From an uncultured candidate division Zixibacteria bacterium (GTDB lineage: Bacteria > Zixibacteria > MSB-5A5 > UBA10806): a DNA stretch of 64,000 bases. Both the position numbers and the translations under genes were made by a program. Below the pieces are notes generated by a model, which had not been told where the DNA came from, searched no databases, and was given only the letters and a program-made list of their open reading frames with translations. The DNA is taken from assembly GCA_963817915.1 (NCBI GenBank), contig CAWFQL010000012.1, positions 1-64,000 on the forward strand, given 5' to 3'. Below are positions 1 through 9,052 of this stretch, in pieces (position 1 is the first letter of the stretch; each line of letters starts with the position of its first letter).

Positions 1-106
1 CTGTACCGACAACGGCGCCATGGTGGCGGCCTGTGGGGATTTTCATCTTAACCGCGGCGAGAAATCGGATCTTAGCTTGAATGCAATTCCGTATCTGGAA
101 TTGTAA
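1..106 (+). CDS. tsaD: tRNA N6-adenosine threonylcarbamoyltransferase TsaD, C-terminal end (partial)
   Basis: Frame 2 reads CTDNGAMVAACGDFHL...YLEL* (TAA at 104-106); CTDN(G/A)AM is the hallmark TsaD/Kae1 C-terminal motif. Confidence 0.85.
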   Translation, partial: CTDNGAMVAACGDFHLNRGEKSDLSLNAIPYLEL

Positions 107-134
107 TAAAGAGTTTTTCCCACCAAAATAATAA

Positions 135-168
135 CGGTCGGGCGAGGCCGCCCGACCGCAATAGTTAT
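135..168. repeat. GC-rich hairpin, copy 1 of a 31-bp direct repeat (REP-like element or terminator)
   Basis: CGGTCGGGCG-AGGC-CGCCCGACCG is a perfect 10-bp stem; 138-168 matches 2460-2490 at 27/31 positions. Confidence 0.8.
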
Positions 169-212
169 GTATGTCGCTCTTCTGATTAGACTATTAACAG
201 GTCCATTTCTAT

Positions 213-1853
213 CTAAAACTTGTACGCTTTCCAGAAAGTATCAAGCCAACGAACCGATTCTGATGTAAGTCTATGAGGATAAATAATCAGAAAAAGTACA
301 AATAAGTGTGGGTGCTTTTTTAATAATGCAGGAATACCTTGGCCGGAAGATTCATTTGCTTCTTCCTTGAGTTGTTCCCAATTTTTTGTTCTTTGAGGCC
401 ACGCACTGATATTCTCGGCTCCATCGCTATTTCGCCAGAGATAGGTTCTCCAAGGATAATCGAGTTTTACAGAGCTATTCATTACCCTAGTATAATCCGC
501 CCAAATCATTTTTGCATTTAGTTTCCAATTTCTTCGAACAAATAGATGCATTAAGGCTTCAGAAGCAAAAGATTGCCCGGCAAAATTATCATCTATCAGG
601 CATTTAGGGTCGCCACTCATTGAAAGCAAGACCGATTCAGCATCATAATAAAAATTAGGTATTGCACTATTAGAATCAAAACGATTCAATTTGAGGAGAT
701 CCTCCAAGTTCTTGGCGAGCCAAAAATCCGGCTTTAATGTGCCATCTACTCTTCTTAGAAGCCAATATATGGTAATTAGTTGAGGAACGGCTCCTTCTCC
801 TGAAAGCTGAATTCTTGTATAGTTTTCTTTAATATATTCTTTACAAAATGGGATTAAGTCATCTTGTCTTTTATCTTTATATAGACACCATAGGGCATAT
901 AGGCTACATATTGATTCTAAAAGTGTTACTTTAGTGCGATGAACATAAATTTCCGTTAAAGCTACTCCTTCGTAATTGTCCGGCTCTTGTCTTATTTCAA
1001 CCACTAATTGTTGTAGAAGAAGAAAGATCCAATCTTCTATAAGTGTAACAAATTCCTCCCAATATTTCTCAGGGATATTATTCTTTTCTATCACGGCAAA
1101 AATTGACGACAAATATATTGTCCAAGCCGTGATTTCGGCAAAATAGTTGTTTTTTTTAGTAAAAGATGCCATGGATAGGGAATTGATTAGCGCTAGACTT
1201 GTAATTGTTCGCGAAAATTCTCTAATTTTAGGCTTTTTATTATTTGATATATACGGCAAGCAACTGATATTAAGTTTTGCGAAACGTTCCTTAGGCAAAA
1301 AGGCGCCGCCATCTTCGAGATAGAGTTCAAGTAATAGTCTGAATTCCTCGAGCTCTTGTGGAATCAAATTACCAACCATTTGATTAGAGATATCCAAAAG
1401 CTCCCCTCTTAAAATGAGTTCGATTCTTCTTTCCGGCAATCCCTGCTCTTCGAATCCCTCATTTGTTTTTGCTAGAAGCTCTGATGCTTCTTCTTCAATC
1501 TCGCCATTAAGAACCAAGTAGGATTTATGCCATTTTTTTGCTTTTATTGCAGGATGATTGATTTTGGCGGATACCAATTCTTGCAACTGTGGAAATATTT
1601 CTCGCAGCTTCTCCAAAGATAATTTTTTTCCATTAACCCCTTTAAGTTGATAAGCATGTACCTGTCCCAATTTATCAACTGCAATTATATCTTTGCCGAA
1701 CTCAATTGGTGAATGTCGAGTGCTATGAATAATTCTTTTTCCCTGATGTACAAGCATTTGCGTAAAAGGTATTTGATATGACCTCTCACTTGCACTATCC
1801 AACCAATTTTCTAGAAGCCTCTCTATCACGCCATTCCTGCCTTTTTCTTTCAA
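213..1853 (-). CDS. Putative Mrr-like/PD-(D/E)xK restriction-endonuclease-fold protein with a long helical C-terminal region
   Basis: 546-aa ORF; N-terminal E-FGKDIIA-x9-AYQLK fits the D...(Q/E)xK nuclease motif; AT-rich. True start may be GTG at 1829 (VIERLLENWL). Confidence 0.6.
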   Translation of the reverse strand: MKEKGRNGVIERLLENWLDSASERSYQIPFTQMLVHQGKRIIHSTRHSPIEFGKDIIAVDKLGQVHAYQLKGVNGKKLSLEKLREIFPQLQELVSAKINHPAIKAKKWHKSYLVLNGEIEEEASELLAKTNEGFEEQGLPERRIELILRGELLDISNQMVGNLIPQELEEFRLLLELYLEDGGAFLPKERFAKLNISCLPYISNNKKPKIREFSRTITSLALINSLSMASFTKKNNYFAEITAWTIYLSSIFAVIEKNNIPEKYWEEFVTLIEDWIFLLLQQLVVEIRQEPDNYEGVALTEIYVHRTKVTLLESICSLYALWCLYKDKRQDDLIPFCKEYIKENYTRIQLSGEGAVPQLITIYWLLRRVDGTLKPDFWLAKNLEDLLKLNRFDSNSAIPNFYYDAESVLLSMSGDPKCLIDDNFAGQSFASEALMHLFVRRNWKLNAKMIWADYTRVMNSSVKLDYPWRTYLWRNSDGAENISAWPQRTKNWEQLKEEANESSGQGIPALLKKHPHLFVLFLIIYPHRLTSESVRWLDTFWKAYKF

Positions 1854-2388
1854 TTAATTCGTCATACCGTTTCTTGTATAACGGATCTTTCTCGATATCC
1901 GTTAGGACTGCTTTTGCCCTTTGTTCCATTTGCGGCGGGAAGACGAATTGGGGATGATCAAACCCTCCATCCTCATGAAAATCAAATTGAATCCCTTCAA
2001 GAGCCTTAAAAAATATTTCTGCGTCAAAAGGCCTTCCATCATTGTCCGTGACTTGGCCGGTCTGCGTCGTTATTTTAATAAATTCCTCAATAACGATTTT
2101 TGATTGTTGAAGGGCCTTATCTTTCGCCATTTGATCTACGTAATCTAGCGCTTTATTAAAGTTACCCGATTTTACATCTTCATTTAGTATCTTGACTTCT
2201 CCGGATATTTTTTTTATATCGGTCTTTATTATTGTTCCATCTTCCATCTTTGATACTATTTGTTTTCCTTCGAAAATCCTATACTTTTTAAAATTAAATG
2301 CACCTAAATATCGTCCTGATACGTTTTCGAATCTTTTAAGTAATATTTCCATTATTACATTGCGGCATTTCACATAATCTGGAAGCAT
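1795..2388 (-). CDS. Hypothetical protein, possibly a truncated HK97 capsid-like fold
   Basis: 197-aa ORF with AAAGGAG RBS upstream; its 3' end overlaps the nuclease gene. The fold call rests on by-eye pattern only. Confidence 0.6.
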   Translation of the reverse strand: MLPDYVKCRNVIMEILLKRFENVSGRYLGAFNFKKYRIFEGKQIVSKMEDGTIIKTDIKKISGEVKILNEDVKSGNFNKALDYVDQMAKDKALQQSKIVIEEFIKITTQTGQVTDNDGRPFDAEIFFKALEGIQFDFHEDGGFDHPQFVFPPQMEQRAKAVLTDIEKDPLYKKRYDELIERKRQEWRDREASRKLVG

Positions 2389-2459
2389 TGATTAATCTCC
2401 TTTATAAGACCAATCGGATTTTGTTATTGTCCGGCCCGCATCTGGCAAAAAGGCCATAA

Positions 2460-2490
2460 TCGGGTGAGGCCACCCGACCGCACCAGTTAT
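2460..2490. repeat. Copy 2 of the 31-bp hairpin direct repeat
   Basis: TCGGGTG-AGGC-CACCCGA-CCGCACCAGTTAT; carries a compensatory C-G to T-A stem change relative to copy 1. Confidence 0.8.
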
Positions 2491-2504
2491 TTACATTACC
2501 AATA

Positions 2505-5500
2505 TTATTTCAACAGCACCATCTTGATATTACTGGTTTTGTCGGCGGCGATTAGCTTGGCGAAATAAATACCAGTTGTGGCGTCGATACCGGCTTCGTT
2601 TTTGCCATCCCAGACAATTTCATGATACCCGGCAGGTTTGTCCTGATCTATAAGCAGGCGCACTGAACGGCCAAGGATATCGTAAATACGAATACTCACA
2701 TGCGACTGCGCCGGTAGACCGAATTTGATCGTTGTCGATGGATTGAAGGGATTGGGGTAATTCTGGAATAGCGAGTATTCTTGAGGTAATTGGATTTTGT
2801 TATCATCAACTCCAGTCATACCTAAGAAGCTGCGCAAGATAGTCTCGAAATTAGTGTGCATTGCGGCAAAATCCAGCCTGTAGGGGCGACAGCCGAGATA
2901 CATCAAATTGCCCGAATTAGCAGGATGTGCCCAGAAGCCGGCAACCCATTCAGGATAGCTGTCCGCTCGGTAAAGAACGGAGACAGCTGAAGTATCTACC
3001 TGCACCAGATCCGTAAATGATTGCGAGGAGGTTCTATTTATATTCGTCAGCAATGCATTCTGTGAAACTAAGGTTGTGAAATTGACCCCGGTATTAAATG
3101 ATGTCACATGACCATACTCCATAAGGCCAGGGGATAAAAATGATTGGCCCATTCGACAAACAAGTACAAGATTTCCACCGCTATTGAGATAATTCAGGAG
3201 TTCGTCTTGCACGAGCTGATATTTTTCAAGATCGCCTCCATAGGCATTTCCAACCCATATAATTGTCGCAAAGGGATTGAAATCGGTTGGGCTTATTGCG
3301 CCATCGCCGATGACCGTCTCCGGATAAGGCCGCGATTCAGGCGAAACCTCGAAAAGATCCCAAAGGCTGTAGCCAAGAGTACCCGTGAAAGCCCGGGCGT
3401 TATACATGTCATATACTTGTGGGTTGTATGTAGTCCAATCAACTCCGTTAACAATCAATATTCCTGAACGCTGTTCGGGCGAAACAGGAAATGCGTATAA
3501 TGTATCAGTCGAGTAGCTTTCAGGGCCATAGATACTTAGTGCGGTCATGGAATAGTAATAGCCATGCCCATTTTCTACGCTATTATCGGAAAAAGTAGTC
3601 AAGTTTGCAGGAATTGTATCAATGACTATAAAGCTGTCGGAATCTAATTTTCGATATATTTTTAGACCGGCGAGATCGGTTGTTCCCGTGGAATCCCAGG
3701 AAAGTCTGACAAATCCATCGCCTGCCTCAACCTGGAAACCTGTGAGTGCCGGAGGTCTGCCACCCAGCTCGCTAACCTCACACGAAAATCTCCCCTCTTG
3801 TCCGGCAAAATCGACGCAAGTGAGTTTATAACGATAGGTTGAACCGGGGGAAATATCTGTATCGTTAAATTGGGTTGCGTCACCACTTAATATGAAAAGC
3901 AAATTATAGGATCCATCATCCCTTAACCTGTAGATTTTGATTGTATTAACATCGTTTTCATCGATTCGATCCCAGGTCAATTGAAGATTAGCCGAACCTA
4001 ATGATCTGACCGCCAAATGCCAGGGCGGCAATGGCGCTGGGTTTTCGTAAAATGTACATCCGAATTCATCCCTCAGGACATTGGTAATTGTAGTTTGAAC
4101 ATCATTGTGAGGCATAAAATGCAGATCGAAATTGAAAAGAGATGTTTTAGAAACGCCTCCCGGACGATAAATTATTCCAATCGGTTTTCTGTAACCAGGC
4201 GGTTCCATTCCATCAACATTTAGCCCCATGAGAAAAAGTGAATCTGCTCCCGGTCTTAAAGTATTTATGAATGAAGCGCATCCGCGTTGATTAGGGTTTA
4301 AGGCTACGTCGATTTTCATTGAATCGGGATAACCTGAATGAGTCCCGATCGCCCAAGTAAAATCGTTAGACGAATCCCAGGATGTGGTAGTATCCGGACC
4401 GGTATTAATACCTAGCCATTCATAATCGAAGTCACCCGGCATTGGCGGATTGGTATTAAAGACGTATGATAGAATTTGAGATCCTACTGCAAGCAGGTGG
4501 CCATTTGCTTGAAGATATGTTCGCAATGATCCGCCGCCTATCGCCCCGACATCAAACCACCAATGATAGTTAGGGTCCGCTTGACAATTGGCATCAGCAT
4601 CGGAGGCAAACAAAACCGCCTGATAATTAGATAATACTTCCGCGCTCGGCATACCCTGGAAATCAAGTTTCCAAATATCGTAATCGAAATTATAGACCCC
4701 CCAGCGCTGGTAGAATCTGGTAACATCTCTATTTTCTTTGGCAGTGCCATTCGGATTCATTTCATATCCGTCATCAATTAATAACACGCGGCCATTTCCA
4801 CTGCCATTGGGGATTGCCTGTACTTCGCCAGTATAGGGCGATTCAACTCCCCATTTCACGGTAGTCGCTACATAAAAGTACGGTTGAGCCGGATTGAGTC
4901 CGTAATCCGTAAATGAGCTATCAGGATGTGCCCTTTCCGCAATTTGCGCATATGGGCCGCCGGAAACATTACTTCTATAGATTCTGTACGCTGTGGCATT
5001 TTCAACTGTTGACCAGCTAAGCGCGATAGATTGATTTCCCGGAATTGCTCGAAAATCCGATGGCGGCGGCGGTAAAGTCGATACCATTACGATATCCGAT
5101 GGAATACTTTCAACGCCTTCCGAATCAACAGAAGTCACATAGATATAATAAAGATCGCGAACGGCAGGAGTATAAAGATAATAGTTAGTATCAATTGGAA
5201 CTTGGTTTAGCCATTGGAATGGACCTCCTGGCTCTGTAGCAGAGTAAATAAAATATCCGGATACATCGTCATCGCCGGTATTCGCGTCCCAATTCAATTC
5301 AATATTTTGATCGAGCACGTTTGCGCGCAGATTCTGGGGTGGCTCAGGCGCCAGATTATGATAGACAAAATCATTTAGAAAAAGCATGTGGGCATTATCA
5401 AGGTTAGACCTTAATCCGGTCAGTCCATTGCCAATCCCCAGCGCGAAAACTACTCGAATCGAATCATTAGCACCAATTGCGAAAGGTCCAGTCTTCTGCA

Positions 5501-6461
5501 GAAAACGGAAATCATGCGGAGATGGCGGATCAGGTAGCCATTGTCCATCGCTGATTCTTTGAAAATACTCTGAATCGGAGGCAGGGTCGGAATTCCAATC
5601 CCACCAGCCGTGGCCCGACTGAATCGAATGGTCAGATTCTCCAACTCTTGGAGGGCAATAAAGCAACCTGCTGCCGATATATCCGCGAGACTCTTTCGGG
5701 ATTTTATTTCCACCCTCGTCATCACCGGGCACAGTCGGGTTGTCGCCGTCGTACATATAGGAAATGTATTCCCTGTTAATATCATCTTTTAAATATCCAA
5801 CCAAATCGTCTCTGGAGTAACTTTGATAGCCGGAACCGCCCTCGGCTGCCGAGACATCACAATCGGCATGCAATGCCACATAAACCGAATCGAGCGGAGT
5901 CGAATTGAGATTGACTATCCAATATTGGTAAATAATAAAATCATTGGCATCATGTTCAGACCAGGCATAGGTATTTTGATGAACTGCAACATTAATGCGA
6001 TATTCTGGCGGCACCAGTTCGGATTGATCCGATATATAGAAATGTGTATCGTAATCTGATAATGATTGTGGTGGTAGAGTTTCGTCAACTCCCGGGGAGG
6101 TATCGGTAGAAAGATGAACTATTCGACCATGATATCCGATCCGCAATGAGCCAAGATACAGGTAATCATTGATGGCCGCATAATCCTGGGGTGTATTCCA
6201 GCGCATCGACCCATGTTCAAGAATATCATCACCAAGCATTATCGTCCAATTATTCGTGCCAGTTGCCCGCTCGACAGTTGAATTGGATATATATTGGGTT
6301 AAAGCTCCTACATTACAGACTTTCCAATCGAATACGGCCGGGAGAACATTATCGCCGTTGTCGGGCACTGACAGCAGCGCCGGGTTCTTAGCGCCATAAC
6401 TAATATTGGCCGCCAAAATACAGACAACCGATATGAGCCATATTTTTCTGGTTATCGCCAT
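2505..6461 (-). CDS. Large secreted protein with fibronectin type III repeats and C-terminal T9SS-type-A/FlgD-like sorting domain
   Basis: Signal peptide; four FN3-like repeats (PPQNL..LNW, PPPSDF..LSW, PPWHL..LTW, PPALTG..LSW); QNYPNPFNP...GIYFAKL..KMVLLK. Confidence 0.8.
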   Translation of the reverse strand: MAITRKIWLISVVCILAANISYGAKNPALLSVPDNGDNVLPAVFDWKVCNVGALTQYISNSTVERATGTNNWTIMLGDDILEHGSMRWNTPQDYAAINDYLYLGSLRIGYHGRIVHLSTDTSPGVDETLPPQSLSDYDTHFYISDQSELVPPEYRINVAVHQNTYAWSEHDANDFIIYQYWIVNLNSTPLDSVYVALHADCDVSAAEGGSGYQSYSRDDLVGYLKDDINREYISYMYDGDNPTVPGDDEGGNKIPKESRGYIGSRLLYCPPRVGESDHSIQSGHGWWDWNSDPASDSEYFQRISDGQWLPDPPSPHDFRFLQKTGPFAIGANDSIRVVFALGIGNGLTGLRSNLDNAHMLFLNDFVYHNLAPEPPQNLRANVLDQNIELNWDANTGDDDVSGYFIYSATEPGGPFQWLNQVPIDTNYYLYTPAVRDLYYIYVTSVDSEGVESIPSDIVMVSTLPPPPSDFRAIPGNQSIALSWSTVENATAYRIYRSNVSGGPYAQIAERAHPDSSFTDYGLNPAQPYFYVATTVKWGVESPYTGEVQAIPNGSGNGRVLLIDDGYEMNPNGTAKENRDVTRFYQRWGVYNFDYDIWKLDFQGMPSAEVLSNYQAVLFASDADANCQADPNYHWWFDVGAIGGGSLRTYLQANGHLLAVGSQILSYVFNTNPPMPGDFDYEWLGINTGPDTTTSWDSSNDFTWAIGTHSGYPDSMKIDVALNPNQRGCASFINTLRPGADSLFLMGLNVDGMEPPGYRKPIGIIYRPGGVSKTSLFNFDLHFMPHNDVQTTITNVLRDEFGCTFYENPAPLPPWHLAVRSLGSANLQLTWDRIDENDVNTIKIYRLRDDGSYNLLFILSGDATQFNDTDISPGSTYRYKLTCVDFAGQEGRFSCEVSELGGRPPALTGFQVEAGDGFVRLSWDSTGTTDLAGLKIYRKLDSDSFIVIDTIPANLTTFSDNSVENGHGYYYSMTALSIYGPESYSTDTLYAFPVSPEQRSGILIVNGVDWTTYNPQVYDMYNARAFTGTLGYSLWDLFEVSPESRPYPETVIGDGAISPTDFNPFATIIWVGNAYGGDLEKYQLVQDELLNYLNSGGNLVLVCRMGQSFLSPGLMEYGHVTSFNTGVNFTTLVSQNALLTNINRTSSQSFTDLVQVDTSAVSVLYRADSYPEWVAGFWAHPANSGNLMYLGCRPYRLDFAAMHTNFETILRSFLGMTGVDDNKIQLPQEYSLFQNYPNPFNPSTTIKFGLPAQSHVSIRIYDILGRSVRLLIDQDKPAGYHEIVWDGKNEAGIDATTGIYFAKLIAADKTSNIKMVLLK

Positions 6462-6743
6462 CTATTCCTCCCTTGCTTTAATTATCTTATCATTACTATT
6501 AAATTGCGTATTAATGATACAAACCATGATATCAAAATTGAGGTATTTGTTTTTGAAATCAAAAGTCGGCGTTTTGGGCACCTTTCTTTTATTCGATTTT
6601 GTATGTCTTCATTTAATAATAGATAAAATCGTCCTAAAAAGCAAGAAAAATTTACCAATGAATTTCTGTTTACTATTGGGATCAGTGGAGAAAATGAGTG
6701 GTCATGGCTTCGGGGATTAGTTCACTCGACCACACTAATATTT

Positions 6744-9031
6744 TTACTTCAGCAGCACCATCTTGATATTGCTGGTCTTGTCGGCGGCGGTCAGCTTGGC
6801 GAAGTAGACACCGGATGGCATATTGTCTGGCATTCCAGACTATATTATATTCGCCAGCGTTCTGATTGCCCTCGAATAAAGTGGCCACTTTCTGGCCCAG
6901 TAAATTGAATATCGATATACTCACATCCGACGATTGCGAGAGCGAGTATTTGATAGTTGTAGTTGGATTGAAGGGGTTGGGATAGTTTGACAATATCTGG
7001 GTAGATATGCGGAAGAATGAGGATTATCATCAATATTTGTTTGATTTCTATCGACCGACCAGACCGAATGCTCAGATGTTGCCAGATAGACTCTGTTGGT
7101 ATCTGTTGGCGCAAATGCGATATCGGCCCAGGCATAATGAGTACTCAAGCCTTCATTATAATCTTCCCAGTTATCGCCGCCGTCATATGATACAAAAACA
7201 CCATTATTGGACGAATTAATAAATAGATTTCTATTATTATAGGGATTGATAGCCAGGCCTGATAAATAGGGAAATTGCGGATTTAAAGGAATATTATTTG
7301 TTATTTCTATCCATGAATCACCCATATTGTCGGATTTGAAAACCCCCTCGTTTGCGATAACCGCGTAGACCACATTGGAATCTTCCGGGTCGCTGAGTAT
7401 TTCTGATACTCTATTATTATTCGAAGGATTGGTGATAATATGCCAGCTCTGGCCGCCATCGCTTGTGCGATATAGCAAATGGAACCATTCGCTGACATAG
7501 ATAATATTCGGTGAAACCTGGCTCACTTCCAAGTCTAAATAATATAGCGATGATGGCAATCCGTTAAGGCATAAATTCCAGCTTTCTCCAAGATTATCCG
7601 AATAATATGCGCCCCTCGAAGTCAGATATAGGCGGGTTTGATTTGCGTCCAGATACGCGATATCCATGTCGGATATAAACGGCAATTCAGATAACCCTTC
7701 GCCAAAGTACTGCCAGCTAATTCCGCAATCAGTAGAGCGATAAACATAAGGCTGAAAACTTTCCCAATAGGAATTACAAATGAAGAAAACCAAATTGGGT
7801 TCCCTCATGGAAAAGGCCAGGTCGTCAAAAGCCATATCGTCATATGGTTTGGGGTAAATCAGCCTCTGCCATGTCGCGGCTCCGTCATCAGAACGATAAA
7901 CGCCGCTCATGGTCGTTACAATTACATTGTTCTTGTCTTGGGGATTTATTGCGATTTCGCGGCAGTTAGCATCTTTGATATTATTACTTATTTTCTGCCA
8001 ATGCTCTCCGCGGTCCAGTGAACGATATATGCCGTCATAATATGTTCCGATATAAAATATATCTTCAATCGGATCGATAACGAGGCAGTTGATCTTATGC
8101 CCTCCTAAGCCCTCATTCATTTCTCTCCAATTCAAGCCGCCATCAACGCTTTTAAGCACTCCGTTGGTTTCGGTTGCAGCATAGATAGTATTGTGATCAT
8201 ATGGTGAAATGGTCAGGCTATGTACCATGCCATATTCGAGATTTGGAGGCGAAATATCAAACCAATGCGCGCCGCCATCGGTGGTTTTTTCGACACATAA
8301 ACTATCCCGATGAGGATAAACAAAACCGCAGACATATATTATATTATTATCGACCGAATCGACTTCCAAATCGTAAAGCATCAGGCTTGAATCGAGATCA
8401 TTCTGAATGCTGTACCAATTTTCGCCCAAATCATCGCTTTTTATTACCGATAATCCGTGTGCCCCTGAGTGCGAGAGCGGCGTAGACGATATCGGGCTGG
8501 CTTCTATCGACTTTTATTGAATGTAGGGCCAGCATCGGCGTATTTAATGGATTCCATGTCTGGCCGCCATCAGTGGATTTATAGCTGATTCCGGAAAGAC
8601 CGCCATTAGCGGCAAATATAATGCAATGATTGATTGGATGAATCTCCAAATCCCAATATTCTGAATACGGATCCTCAGGGGGGCTTATTAATCGCCAGTT
8701 AGTACCTTGAGTATTACTTCTATAAATCCCTTTTAGAGAAGCCGCATAGACAGTATCTGGAGCATCGGGATGATAAACAATGTCGCGCAGGCAGGTATTC
8801 AATGTATTATCGACAATATTGTTCCATAATTCGCCGCCATTTGAAGTCTCATAAATACCATTCTCAATTGTTCCAATAAGAATATTTCTTGAGTCAAATG
8901 GATTAATCGCGATAGTAAATACTCTTGCTTCGAATGGCCCATTGGAGACCCAGCTGGGGTTGTCTGCATAGGCGAGGCATTAAGTATTGCATAGTAAAAA
9001 TAATCCTAGCCCAAAAGCGTAAACTATGCAT
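6744..9031 (-). CDS. BNR/Asp-box (VPS10/YCF48-like) beta-propeller secreted protein with CTD; paralog of 9053-11330; interrupted by about 5 frameshifts
   Basis: ORF pieces 8431-8802, 6921-8429 and 6682-6993 are collinear with the neighbouring paralog; S.DGG..W repeats; ATG 9031 after GGAG; shifts at ~8975, 8475, 7019, 7009, 6828; TAA at 6744-6746. Confidence 0.75.
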
Positions 9032-9052
9032 TTAGCTCCATCATAGGAATTT

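Noticed and set aside
129..170. Integron attC site (minus strand ACATAAC...GTTATTA around a palindrome)
   Set aside because: Only ~42 nt, shorter than known attC sites; the second copy lacks the matching GTT box; no integron integrase in the window.
1795..2388. Prophage remnant or encapsulin operon
   Set aside because: No other phage genes or encapsulin cargo nearby, and the protein is too short for a full shell subunit; kept only as a capsid-like decoy hypothesis.
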